Source: Vulcanisaeta moutnovskia 768-28 (GTDB taxonomy: Archaea; Thermoproteota; Thermoprotei; Thermoproteales; Thermocladiaceae). From it: 32,000 nt of DNA. This document shows, one piece after another, positions 1-8,374 of the stretch. Every line of letters starts with the position of its first letter. Positions within the stretch are counted from its first letter, which is position 1. A program made the translations under genes and the position numbers. The notes below the pieces were generated by a model, which ran no database searches, was not told the origin of the DNA, and was given only the letters and a program-made list of their open reading frames with translations. Location: contig NC_015151.1 in assembly GCF_000190315.1 (NCBI RefSeq), positions 1,992,509-2,024,508 on the forward strand, in the 5' to 3' direction.

Positions 1-339
1 GACATCGCCTTCGGGCTCCTCGAAGGTTAGGCATATTATTGGTAAGCCCAGTGTATCCGTTAGCTTCTCAAGGTCAATTATATTGTACCAAGATATTATG
101 CATCCATCAGTCATTACCAATTGAATGTCATTCCTATTAAATGACTTGTATAGACTTATTACGGCATCTGTTGCATCCAAACCACCGATAGTGGTCCTGC
201 CTAGCGATACTCCATCAATAATGCCATCGCTCCTCATGACAACACCAACCAATATCGAGTACTTAAGATCCAGCCTAAAACTCTCAGCTATGCCAAGAGC
301 CCTTATACCAGGCTTACTAATCAATGAATCAACGCTCAT
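1..339 (-). CDS. DUF99/UPF0215-family protein (endonuclease-V-like). Only the N-terminal 113 codons are present; the C-terminus lies beyond the window start
   Basis: Absent from the ORF track because there is no stop in the window. Hand translation of the minus strand from the ATG (complement of 337-339) stays open to nt 1: MSVDSLISKPGIRALGIAESFRLDLKYSILVGVVMRSDGIIDGVSLGRTTIGGLDATDAVISLYKSF... The IRALGIAES / VGVVMR..IDGV / GGLDATDA pattern matches my memory of archaeal DUF99 proteins. The listed + ORF 125-361 is its antisense shadow. Confidence 0.6.
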   Translation of the reverse strand, partial: MSVDSLISKPGIRALGIAESFRLDLKYSILVGVVMRSDGIIDGVSLGRTTIGGLDATDAVISLYKSFNRNDIQLVMTDGCIISWYNIIDLEKLTDTLGLPIICLTFEEPEGDV

Positions 340-426
340 TCCATTAATCACTACAAATTAAGCGAATTTAATAGGTTTAATAATTGTTCCAGGTTAAAGC
401 GTATCGCAATGAAGAATTCCGCATCA

Positions 427-2082
427 TTAACCAATTTGGAAAACTTCGCCGTATTTACACGTATATGACTGTGGATTTCCATAATAATTAGTCGCATTGA
501 GTATGAAGCCGAAGGTGGGTAAACCATATACCTGCGATGCGTCAACCACAGATATGTATAGATTCGTACCAACACCAACATTGAAGAACTCAACCCAGGT
601 CTGCTGCACCGTTGATGATGTTGATAGAGGCAATAACATGCTTGCAACGCTGAATAATGCGCCACCAACGCTTAGCAAAATATCGAGAGACGCAGTATTG
701 GGTATCAATGCCGCAAGACCAAGGACTATTCCAGCAAGCCCAGTACCCAGTTGCGGCGCACTTAAACCATACGCAGTATTGACACCACTAAGCTGTATCT
801 GGTAATACCCATTAAATGCGCCAACAGGTCCATTACACTCATAGAGGTATTCAGAGCCGGTGTTTGTGTATTCAAAACCGGTATAATCAACAACGGAGGA
901 AGCATTCAGCGCCGAATATCCAAAGTACTCCTCAGACAACGGTACTGCACCGTAATACAGCAGGCTGATTGTTCCATTACCATAATCAAGCGCGACGTTA
1001 TAAGCATCATACCTAGGTACATAGAGCACCTCAGAAACGGTCGTCGTACCCAAGTACTCCGTATAACCAGTCGTTGGGTCAACGTACCAGGCACTATACC
1101 GAACAATAGCCCAGGTAGCATCCTCATAATAATAATAAATAGAACCTGACTCACTTATTTGAGATCCAAGTACATACTCCGCGGTATTCCCAACCCAATT
1201 CTCCTGCGTGCTGTAAGATGCGCCTATATCACCATAACCCGTCGCCATAGCGTTCCAATTAATAGTGCCTGAAAAGTCAATTGCCAACGTAATTCCCAGC
1301 CCCTTATCATTATTCAACACGCCATTACTCCAGGTTACCCAAGCCAACGGTAATGACCCATTAATACCTACGCATGTACTCTCCGGCCAGAACTCATATG
1401 GCAATTCCATATACGCATTTGGTTGCGGTCCACTTAAACTACAATTATATACCGTATAGCCATTGTATGTGCCGAAGATCTCTGGATCCGTTAAATTAAC
1501 TATGTGATTAGTTATTATGATCTTGAACGGCCTTATTGAGCTTACGTTTATGTACACGGTAGCCAATATATACATAGGCTTCACACCAGGTACCAGGCCA
1601 GGTCTTTGTGCCGCGAGAGCCCAGCCAACATTGTATGGAATCACCATTGGCATTGTCCACGAATCATTATTTTTGAGATAGGTTATGAATACGAGCAATG
1701 ATGTATTATAACCACTCACGGACATTCCGGTCCCTAACCACCTGTTTACTACGTAAGCCCAATTACTATTATTGAACGGTATGTTAATGACGTTACCGTA
1801 TGTATGGATTATAGGCACTACACCGCTTGGTGCACTTGCGTACACACTAACGAAGGCGTTTACAGGCGTTATTGAAGATCCATTAGCAAGGTAGATCCTA
1901 ATCACCAAGCCTGGCACCATACTACTTAATGGTGGTGTGCTATAGTACGATATTGTACTGGAACCAACCTTAATTACTTCCACGGGACTTGGTTGAACCT
2001 GTACGGCATTGAGCAGGGAGAGTATTATTGAGACTATGGTTATGGCAAGCACTATTGATATAAACCCTAGCTTTCTTATCAT
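427..2082 (-). CDS. Exported, membrane-anchored Tyr/Asn/Gly-rich putative glycoprotein of unassigned family (paralog A, 551 aa)
   Basis: Long ORF with an ATG start and a TATA-like AATATATAT about 28 nt upstream. N-terminal hydrophobic signal (IVLAITIVSIILSLLNA|VQVQPSP). About 10 N-x-S/T sequons by eye and very few charged residues. A Gly/Ala-rich hydrophobic hairpin lies at residues ~446-486, followed by a ~65-aa tail. Collinear homology to the neighbouring gene 2181-3965. Confidence 0.8.
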   Translation of the reverse strand: MIRKLGFISIVLAITIVSIILSLLNAVQVQPSPVEVIKVGSSTISYYSTPPLSSMVPGLVIRIYLANGSSITPVNAFVSVYASAPSGVVPIIHTYGNVINIPFNNSNWAYVVNRWLGTGMSVSGYNTSLLVFITYLKNNDSWTMPMVIPYNVGWALAAQRPGLVPGVKPMYILATVYINVSSIRPFKIIITNHIVNLTDPEIFGTYNGYTVYNCSLSGPQPNAYMELPYEFWPESTCVGINGSLPLAWVTWSNGVLNNDKGLGITLAIDFSGTINWNAMATGYGDIGASYSTQENWVGNTAEYVLGSQISESGSIYYYYEDATWAIVRYSAWYVDPTTGYTEYLGTTTVSEVLYVPRYDAYNVALDYGNGTISLLYYGAVPLSEEYFGYSALNASSVVDYTGFEYTNTGSEYLYECNGPVGAFNGYYQIQLSGVNTAYGLSAPQLGTGLAGIVLGLAALIPNTASLDILLSVGGALFSVASMLLPLSTSSTVQQTWVEFFNVGVGTNLYISVVDASQVYGLPTFGFILNATNYYGNPQSYTCKYGEVFQIG

Positions 2083-2180
2083 CAGATTAATGAATTATTC
2101 TATCTGATATATATTGCGCTTCGAGTCGTGGTAGAGCGGTATGAACATGGAATTAACTTACAATAATACTGTCCTTTATC

Positions 2181-3965
2181 CTACTTATTGCAGTAAATGC
2201 TTCCTAAGTAGGGCTGGGTTGAGTTTATGATTATACCCACAGGAAACGCTTCACTGGTTATTGAGCCGTACTCGTACTTAACCGGTGTTCCGTAGAATGC
2301 CACGTAACAACTTGAACCATAATTAGCGACTAGATTTACGTTGGTATTGAAGTAGAAGAATGATGAAGAGCCTGGCGGTGGAACCATCAAGCCAGCTATA
2401 CCAAGGGCTGCTGAAGTAGCTAGGCCTGCCAGAAATTGATTTCCACCAAATATCGCGGCTATGCTTGAACCAACGGTTGGATAGGCAAGGATTAGACCGG
2501 CCACAAATAAGCCTACCTGTGCCGCGATTCCTAGGGGATTAGGATTGAATGTAGATGTAATTACACTAATTGGGAAGTAGCATCCTGACGACGTACATAT
2601 TATATTGGGATTTGACGTACATAATCCGCTGTAGTGATAATTACCGTAACTATCCCTTGATATGAATACGTAGTCATAGACATAGCTTGAACTTATTAAA
2701 TTAAATCTAGGTGCCGTCTGGCCCATTATGAAGCTCATAATCCCATTACCAAGATCAATACCTGGCCATAGGTAAAGAATGCTATTATGTATCGTGCCCG
2801 GCAATAGGTTGATTATTGCCGTAGCATTTGCGTGCTCATTAATTGGGTAGGTGAAGCCATACTGGTCCGTATAGTATTCCTGGAATTGAATTAAGGCTAG
2901 GGTACCATTAATACCCAAATAGAGGAAACCTGGACCCTTATTAACGTAATAATATAAGTTCGGGTATGAGTATGATAATGAGGAGCTAGATGAAAATACG
3001 AAATTTACGTAAATATTATCGACATAATTATAACCATTATAACCTCCATAAATGGGTAAGTTGCTTGAAAATTGCAGTGTTGGTCCAATAACTTCAAGTC
3101 TAGAGCCGGGTACATTAGCCACGCCATAAAGGCCGGAGCCCTGCTGAACATAACCACCTATACTTAAGACAATCCCACCACCAATATTATTGTTCCATGC
3201 ATCCTTACCCCAGGCAACCCATAAAATGGGTACTGAACCATTAAACCCTGCACATGCACGTGGCTGCCAATAAAAGACTCCTGCACCTGCGGGAATTGGT
3301 GATGGAGCGGCATTCTGAACATTGCTATTCCCAAGGCAGTTGTATGGCCCTACAAAGCCATAGGGATCTGTAGGTAAGTTTGTCGTTGATGTGGCGTTGT
3401 AGTTACGTGCTACTTCCACCTTTACTGGCATTACTTTATTAAAGTCTATGTTTAGGCTTATGATCATTGATACATTGTTTATTACCCAGGTTGGGTCGTA
3501 AGGTATTGTCACTATTACGGTCCTTGTCTCATTTGTAGACTTGTCGAAATAGGTAATTAGTGCGAGTATGGAGGGCCATACTACATTGGGTGGGTTCCCG
3601 TTAGATATCATGATCTTTATCGTTTCCTCCGCTATGCTTACTATTGGTTTTGACGCTAAGCTTATGTTTACTAAGCCGACCCCATAGTAGTAACCAACCG
3701 TGTACACATGTCCATTGCCTAGTGCGAATAGGCTTATGGTGAATGGTACTGGGTTGTTATTTAGGTATCCGCGTACTATGAGTATTGGCTTTCTTAGGCT
3801 TGTTATGTTGTAGTAATAAACCTGGTACTCGTTGGTATTAATTGTTAAAATTGGACTAGGGCTCGATGGTTGAGCAAACACCGTGATGAGGATAGCAATG
3901 GTGACAATGGATATAATCAACATTACTACTGTAACGACCCGTCTATAATTAGTACTCACAATCAT
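2181..3965 (-). CDS. Exported, membrane-anchored Tyr/Asn/Gly-rich putative glycoprotein of unassigned family (paralog B, 594 aa)
   Basis: Long ORF with an ATG start. Signal-like N-terminus (VMLIISIVTIAILITVFA|QPSSPSP). Shares these motifs with paralog A: ITY(L/F), IPY(N/D)xxW, YNC, and C(V/A)G(I/F)NGS(L/V)P(L/I)xWVxW. Hydrophobic hairpin at residues ~478-528, followed by a C-terminal tail that ends in a Cys. Confidence 0.8.
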   Translation of the reverse strand: MIVSTNYRRVVTVVMLIISIVTIAILITVFAQPSSPSPILTINTNEYQVYYYNITSLRKPILIVRGYLNNNPVPFTISLFALGNGHVYTVGYYYGVGLVNISLASKPIVSIAEETIKIMISNGNPPNVVWPSILALITYFDKSTNETRTVIVTIPYDPTWVINNVSMIISLNIDFNKVMPVKVEVARNYNATSTTNLPTDPYGFVGPYNCLGNSNVQNAAPSPIPAGAGVFYWQPRACAGFNGSVPILWVAWGKDAWNNNIGGGIVLSIGGYVQQGSGLYGVANVPGSRLEVIGPTLQFSSNLPIYGGYNGYNYVDNIYVNFVFSSSSSLSYSYPNLYYYVNKGPGFLYLGINGTLALIQFQEYYTDQYGFTYPINEHANATAIINLLPGTIHNSILYLWPGIDLGNGIMSFIMGQTAPRFNLISSSYVYDYVFISRDSYGNYHYSGLCTSNPNIICTSSGCYFPISVITSTFNPNPLGIAAQVGLFVAGLILAYPTVGSSIAAIFGGNQFLAGLATSAALGIAGLMVPPPGSSSFFYFNTNVNLVANYGSSCYVAFYGTPVKYEYGSITSEAFPVGIIINSTQPYLGSIYCNK

Positions 3966-4062
3966 CGAGAATATTCCTCAATGCAACAAGCTTTTTTCTT
4001 AGTAGGGTGTTCTTAAAAAGTGAACCGAGCGTAATTGAACGATTATTTAATCAACGGCGATA

Positions 4063-4932
4063 TCACGTCCTGGGCTTTAAGCCTAGCCTTATTAATCCGT
4101 CCCTAAGCCTTTGCACCTCGGACTCGCTTAACGGCCTTAGGTATGGCTCCTTCACGGTTCCGAAGTCGTAACGAAGCAGGTGAACCAGCTTGTAATAGCC
4201 ATCAACGCCCGGATAATCCCTGGTTAATTCCCTAACCCTGGCTATTAAGTCCTGTTTTTCCATGGCTGATTGTAACCTGCCGGCTTTGAAATCATCAAAC
4301 ATGCTTCTCATTACCTCAGGGAGTACGTTTGCCATGGCCGATATGCATCCCTTGGCACCCACCATTAGGGCTGGTAGTATTGTTGAGTCTGCCCCATTTA
4401 GTACTGTTATGCCGAGCCTCACGTGGCCCATTACTTGCGTTATATCGCCAGTACTATCCTTAACACCGGCTATTTTAACGCCGTCATTGATGAGCTTTGC
4501 CACGAGATCTGGTGTTACATTGAATCCTGTATTCTGCGGTATGTTATATATGTATATTGGTAATTTAGTTGCCTCAGAGAGCTTTGTGTAATACCTCCTT
4601 AATGCTTCGTAGTCTGGTTTATAGTAAATTGGTGGTATTGACGATATGGCTATAGCGCCGAACCTTTCGGCTAATCTGATGGTTTCAACGACTTCATTCC
4701 AATCAAAGGAGAATACGTGAACTATCAATTGCTTATTGGTATGCTTCATTATTGTCTCAAGGGCTGTTCTCCTTTCCTCAATTGTTAGGTATGGTCCCTG
4801 ACTCGTTGTTCCGAATGGATAGAAACCGTCAACACCAGCCTTCGTTAAGGAATCAACGTGTTTTGCAAGAGATTCCGTGTCTAATTTACCGTTTTTAAAC
4901 GGAATTGCCAGGGCTACAAATATTCCCTCCAT
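4063..4932 (-). CDS. DapA/NAL-family class I (Schiff-base) aldolase, KD(P)G-aldolase-like
   Basis: Motifs FGTTSQG (GTTGE-like), IYYKP, YNIP and the catalytic-Lys context AGVKDS. Overall collinear with my memory of Sulfolobus KD(P)G aldolase. The track start at 4935 is TTG. The adjacent ATG at 4932 sits ~28 nt from a TTTTATTAA TATA-like box, which suggests a leaderless transcript. Confidence 0.85.
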   Translation of the reverse strand: MEGIFVALAIPFKNGKLDTESLAKHVDSLTKAGVDGFYPFGTTSQGPYLTIEERRTALETIMKHTNKQLIVHVFSFDWNEVVETIRLAERFGAIAISSIPPIYYKPDYEALRRYYTKLSEATKLPIYIYNIPQNTGFNVTPDLVAKLINDGVKIAGVKDSTGDITQVMGHVRLGITVLNGADSTILPALMVGAKGCISAMANVLPEVMRSMFDDFKAGRLQSAMEKQDLIARVRELTRDYPGVDGYYKLVHLLRYDFGTVKEPYLRPLSESEVQRLRDGLIRLGLKPRT

Positions 4933-4973
4933 CAAGGAGATACGGGTTCTAGGCCCTTAATAAAACTATTTAC

Positions 4974-7463
4974 TTACATATCATAATCAGTAATCTGAAC
5001 AATCCTTCTCTTGTTTTCTTCCTTAATTAACTTAATCATGCTATACCTAACATTGGCTTCCCTAGCCGCATTCACAATGTCATTAACCAAGCCCTCTGAC
5101 TGTGTCGTAATTATTACTTGGTTGATCAAGCCTTCGCTAATGAATCTCGTTAATAATGATGCGAAGGCTCTTCTAATATTTTCATCAACATACGGTATTG
5201 GTTCATCCATTAGTAGAAAATCGATATTATGATTAGTGGCCCTATAGACACTTAGTAGAAATGAAAGTGCTATTGTTAACCTCTGTCCATCACTTAACCT
5301 TGATATTGTAACCTTCCTACCGCCAGGCCTGAAGGCATAGAGCGTATACTCACTAACAATGCCAATAATGCCCTTATCCTTCACTGTAACCTCAATGCCC
5401 GCACCCTCAAGATCATCATATGGATATAGCATTTCAAATATTGAGCCAACATTATCCCTAACAATCTTAATCATCTCATCCCTAACCCTTGCTTGAACAT
5501 CCCTAATACCTGCCCTAATTCTTGTTAATTTATTGTAGAAGTCCTCTAGAAAGTCAAGCCTTTTCCTTAGTGTTGATGGGTCCTCCTTATCAAATCCTAT
5601 ACTTGATAAAGCCAGTTCCAATCTACTTAATTCGGCCGAATCATCGCTCAACTTAGCCCTAACCTGGGTTAATCTCTCATCAATATACCTAATTTGATCC
5701 TCAATACCTGTTATTGCTCTCGTATCAATCCCAAGATTACTAAGCTGTTGTCTAAGCTCCTCTTCCTGTCGTCTCAGGGAGTTAAGCTCCCTATATCTCC
5801 TTAAGTATGAAATTTCCTTATCGATCTCATCCACCTCGGCCCTAAACTCATCAACAAATCTCGTAAGTGTCTGAATTCTCCTATCAATATCCCTAATAGA
5901 CTTCTCAATGGTCTCTAGTTTCGAAAGAACGGTTTCAAGTCTTGACCTAATATCACGTGAACGTTCAATCGTAGCCTCATAATCATTAACAATGGGTAAT
6001 AAAGTCTCCATATTAGTTAGTACTCTCTCTAGTTCGTTCAGTTTATTCTTCATATCCTCAATTTCATCATTACGACTTCTGGATAACTCCTCAATCCTCC
6101 TCTTAATGTTCTCATAATCCTCCTCACTTAACGACTTATTACAGACTGGACACCTCTCTTCGTGATTACTTAATATGTATTGAAGGACATTTAACAACGA
6201 CGACCTAAAGCCTTCCTCAACACTAAGTCTCTCAAGCCTTCTCCTAAACTCCTCAACATCCCTCCTAATCTTAACCGGCTCTCCATATTTATTAACTAGT
6301 GCTTTGTATTCCCTAACCCTAGGTTCCTCCTGCGAGATCCTGCTCTCTAATTCCTTGAGAGATGCTTTCAGGGATTCGGACTGAAGCTCTAGGTCGTTAC
6401 GAATGTTGCTAAGGTATTCCTTATCCTCGATAAACTTATCCTTAAGCCTCGCGAGTCCTTCAAAGGCATTGTATACCTTCTCAGTTACCTCGGATAAGTT
6501 ATCATTAGTTATTACGAGCTTACTAACATCATCGGCCTCCTTAACAAGTGCAAATTCCTCAAGCTTCTCAATTAATAAATCCCTAAGTCTCTCAAGCCTA
6601 AGTCTAATGCTCGTCTCATTAACCTCCTTAATACCGGCCTTCTCAAGCTCCTGCTCAAGGTTCTCTCTTCTGATTCTAGTGGCAATATAATTACTGTAGA
6701 TGTCCTCAATACCCCTAAAACCCTTTAGTAGCTCCTCCCTCTTTCTCAATAGATTATTGTAAGCATTACTAAGTTCCTCTTCCTCTTTCCTTAGCTTCTC
6801 GATCTCCTCCCTAAGCTCATTAACCTTTCCTTGCGCTCTCTCAATCGAACCATACTTAACAATTATTTCTGGAAGTTCCTTAACACTAGCCAGTCTCTGC
6901 CTAAGTTTATTAATTAAGTCCTCAATTTGCGACATTGGTAATGACCTATTTAAATTGTCCAGTATCTCAAGGCCAAATAATTTATCAATGAATAAGCTTC
7001 TTTTTGTAACGCTACCGTAAACCAATGCCTCAAGTGTCCTGTGGGTAACCAATACGAATCTCTCGAAATCATCATCATCCACACCAAGAGTCTCGATAAT
7101 TTTAGAAGTAACTTCATCATCCTTATACCTAATTCCATTAATGATCGCGCTGGAACTTTCTCTCACATTTTCGCCTGATTTCTTAAGTTCCCTTATTACC
7201 TCAATACCATTAGTAAGTACTAACTTAACAAGTAATGAGTTGGCTTCCTCGTTGATTAAATCAGTCAGCTTCGAAACCCTCTCCTTAACCTCTAACTGCG
7301 TACCGTAGAGTGCGTACTCAATAGATTGAACAATACTTGTTTTTCCAGAACCCACGGGCCCATGAATAATATTAATACCGTCATTAAAGGAAATCCTATT
7401 CTCACCCATAAATCCCCTAAAATCCCTAATAATTAATTCATTGATTCTAATCCTCATTCTCAT
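4974..7463 (-). CDS. rkd-4: Arcadin-4: SMC/Rad50-like coiled-coil ATPase of the crenactin (arcade) cluster
   Basis: Walker A GPVGSGKTS (nt 7335-7361), ABC signature LSDGQRLTIALS and Walker B FLLMDEP near the C-terminus. About 600 aa of E/K/R/L-rich coiled coil lies between the head halves, with CPVC at residues 438-441. It is the last gene of the cluster downstream of crenactin. GAGGTGA at 7464-7470 favours the second ATG (7457) as the true start. Confidence 0.8.
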   Translation of the reverse strand: MRMRIRINELIIRDFRGFMGENRISFNDGINIIHGPVGSGKTSIVQSIEYALYGTQLEVKERVSKLTDLINEEANSLLVKLVLTNGIEVIRELKKSGENVRESSSAIINGIRYKDDEVTSKIIETLGVDDDDFERFVLVTHRTLEALVYGSVTKRSLFIDKLFGLEILDNLNRSLPMSQIEDLINKLRQRLASVKELPEIIVKYGSIERAQGKVNELREEIEKLRKEEEELSNAYNNLLRKREELLKGFRGIEDIYSNYIATRIRRENLEQELEKAGIKEVNETSIRLRLERLRDLLIEKLEEFALVKEADDVSKLVITNDNLSEVTEKVYNAFEGLARLKDKFIEDKEYLSNIRNDLELQSESLKASLKELESRISQEEPRVREYKALVNKYGEPVKIRRDVEEFRRRLERLSVEEGFRSSLLNVLQYILSNHEERCPVCNKSLSEEDYENIKRRIEELSRSRNDEIEDMKNKLNELERVLTNMETLLPIVNDYEATIERSRDIRSRLETVLSKLETIEKSIRDIDRRIQTLTRFVDEFRAEVDEIDKEISYLRRYRELNSLRRQEEELRQQLSNLGIDTRAITGIEDQIRYIDERLTQVRAKLSDDSAELSRLELALSSIGFDKEDPSTLRKRLDFLEDFYNKLTRIRAGIRDVQARVRDEMIKIVRDNVGSIFEMLYPYDDLEGAGIEVTVKDKGIIGIVSEYTLYAFRPGGRKVTISRLSDGQRLTIALSFLLSVYRATNHNIDFLLMDEPIPYVDENIRRAFASLLTRFISEGLINQVIITTQSEGLVNDIVNAAREANVRYSMIKLIKEENKRRIVQITDYDM

Positions 7464-7632
7464 TCACCTCAATACCAACCTTACTCAACTCCTCATTAAT
7501 TGCCTTAATGACACCCCTCCTACCACCCTCCTTATAAGCCATGTAAAGCCTAATGGCTAATTCAGCATCTTGACCAAGCCTATCCCTAAGGAACTTAATG
7601 ATTAATTCATCAAGTTCACCCACTTCCACCAC
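7447..7632 (-). CDS. rkd-3: Small helical protein in the arcadin-3 position of the arcade cluster (61 aa)
   Basis: Assigned only from position between the arcadin-2 and arcadin-4 genes, plus size. It overlaps both neighbours by 17 nt in the track coordinates. The GTG start is uncertain. I cannot recall any sequence motif to confirm it. Confidence 0.45.
   Translation of the reverse strand: MVEVGELDELIIKFLRDRLGQDAELAIRLYMAYKEGGRRGVIKAINEELSKVGIEVNENED
7464..7470 (-). promoter_or_regulatory. Shine-Dalgarno GAGGTGA for arcadin-4
   Basis: Minus-strand GAGGTGA inside the end of the arcadin-3 ORF. It abuts ATG 7463 and lies 6 nt from ATG 7457. Confidence 0.5.
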
Positions 7633-8329
7633 CCTTCTTCCTTAATACATCAACCCAGGGATTATTACTGAGAAAGTCAGGTAATTCATTACTAACCGAT
7701 GAACTCCCCTGTGTATTAATTATTGAATTTCTCATGCTTTGTAATCCCAAATTCTCAAGCCTACTAACTCTCTCGATTAATTCATTCAATGTATGTTCAA
7801 TTCTCATTACCCTATCCCTAAGTTCATTGATATCCTTAGTTAATGGTTGAATATTGATGCTTGACAATGCGTTTTTCACGTCATTAATAACCCTCTCTAA
7901 TTCATCTATTCTACCTTTAATGTCCTCATTAACCTCCTGTTGTAATTGTATCGGTATACTTGGTATTAACTCCTCCACGGCCTTTTCGGGATCTGTCGAT
8001 GATAGGTCATATATGTAAACACCAACCCTATTGCTCCTAAATAACTTACCATTGATTAAATCCCTGGCGCTCTGTGGGAAGGCTATGTATGCCTTATTGT
8101 AATTAAATCTATTCCTCATAACATTACTGAGTTCATCAACTATGTAGGAGTCCGTGGGAAATTCCTCAATTGAGATCCTAAGGTAAACCGTGTTATTACC
8201 CTCCGTAAGGATTAATTCCCTATCACTTAATTTGTTCAGTATCTTAAATCCTCTCTGTAATAACCATTCCTCAAGTAGCTTCTTCGCAAGTTCAATGCTC
8301 ATTATACCTACATAATTATTACTTAACAA
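7616..8329 (-). CDS. rkd-2: Arcadin-2-position protein (coiled-coil; putative crenactin regulator)
   Basis: Lies immediately downstream of crenactin. Central heptad-like segment (DIKGRIDELERVINDVKNALSS...INELRDRVMRIEHTLNELIERVSRLENL). Hydrophobic and aromatic C-terminal tail LPDFLSNNPWVDVLRKKGGGSG. The track start at 8329 is TTG; the alternative is ATG 8302 (MSIELAKK...). Confidence 0.6.
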   Translation of the reverse strand: MLSNNYVGIMSIELAKKLLEEWLLQRGFKILNKLSDRELILTEGNNTVYLRISIEEFPTDSYIVDELSNVMRNRFNYNKAYIAFPQSARDLINGKLFRSNRVGVYIYDLSSTDPEKAVEELIPSIPIQLQQEVNEDIKGRIDELERVINDVKNALSSINIQPLTKDINELRDRVMRIEHTLNELIERVSRLENLGLQSMRNSIINTQGSSSVSNELPDFLSNNPWVDVLRKKGGGSG

Positions 8330-8374
8330 CTTACTTTTTAACCTAATTGAATCAATAAACTCATTTAAACGTGC

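Noticed and set aside
125-361. Listed + strand ORF of 78 aa
   Set aside because: It lies antisense to a much better minus-strand reading frame (1-339) that encodes a recognisable DUF99-type protein and stays open to the window edge. The + ORF product is low-complexity (Ser/Leu/Pro/Thr-rich) with no motifs.
351-1459. Short ORFs 351-668(-), 497-805(+), 906-1154(-) and 1265-1459(+) inside or overlapping glycoprotein gene A
   Set aside because: All are nested within or overlap the 551-aa ORF in other frames. They have no start context or motifs and are typical shadow ORFs.
427-3965. Glycoprotein pair as type IV pilin-like (class III signal peptide) proteins, or as part of an integrated virus or mobile element
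   Set aside because: The N-termini lack the [KR]-[GA] / hydrophobic cleavage motif directly before the hydrophobic core (A has RKLGF, B has RRVVT). An A|Q or A|V Sec-type cleavage site after the hydrophobic core fits better. I see no integrase, att-like direct repeats, tRNA target or obvious composition shift flanking the pair. A viral origin is therefore not supported, though it is not excluded.
6403-6690. Ser/Leu-rich 95-aa + strand ORF (with 5011-5232 and 6950-7138) within arcadin-4
   Set aside because: It is the antisense of a Glu/Lys/Leu/Arg-rich coiled-coil coding region. GAA, AAG and GAG codons read as TTC, CTT and CTC on the other strand, which removes stops. This is a composition artefact.
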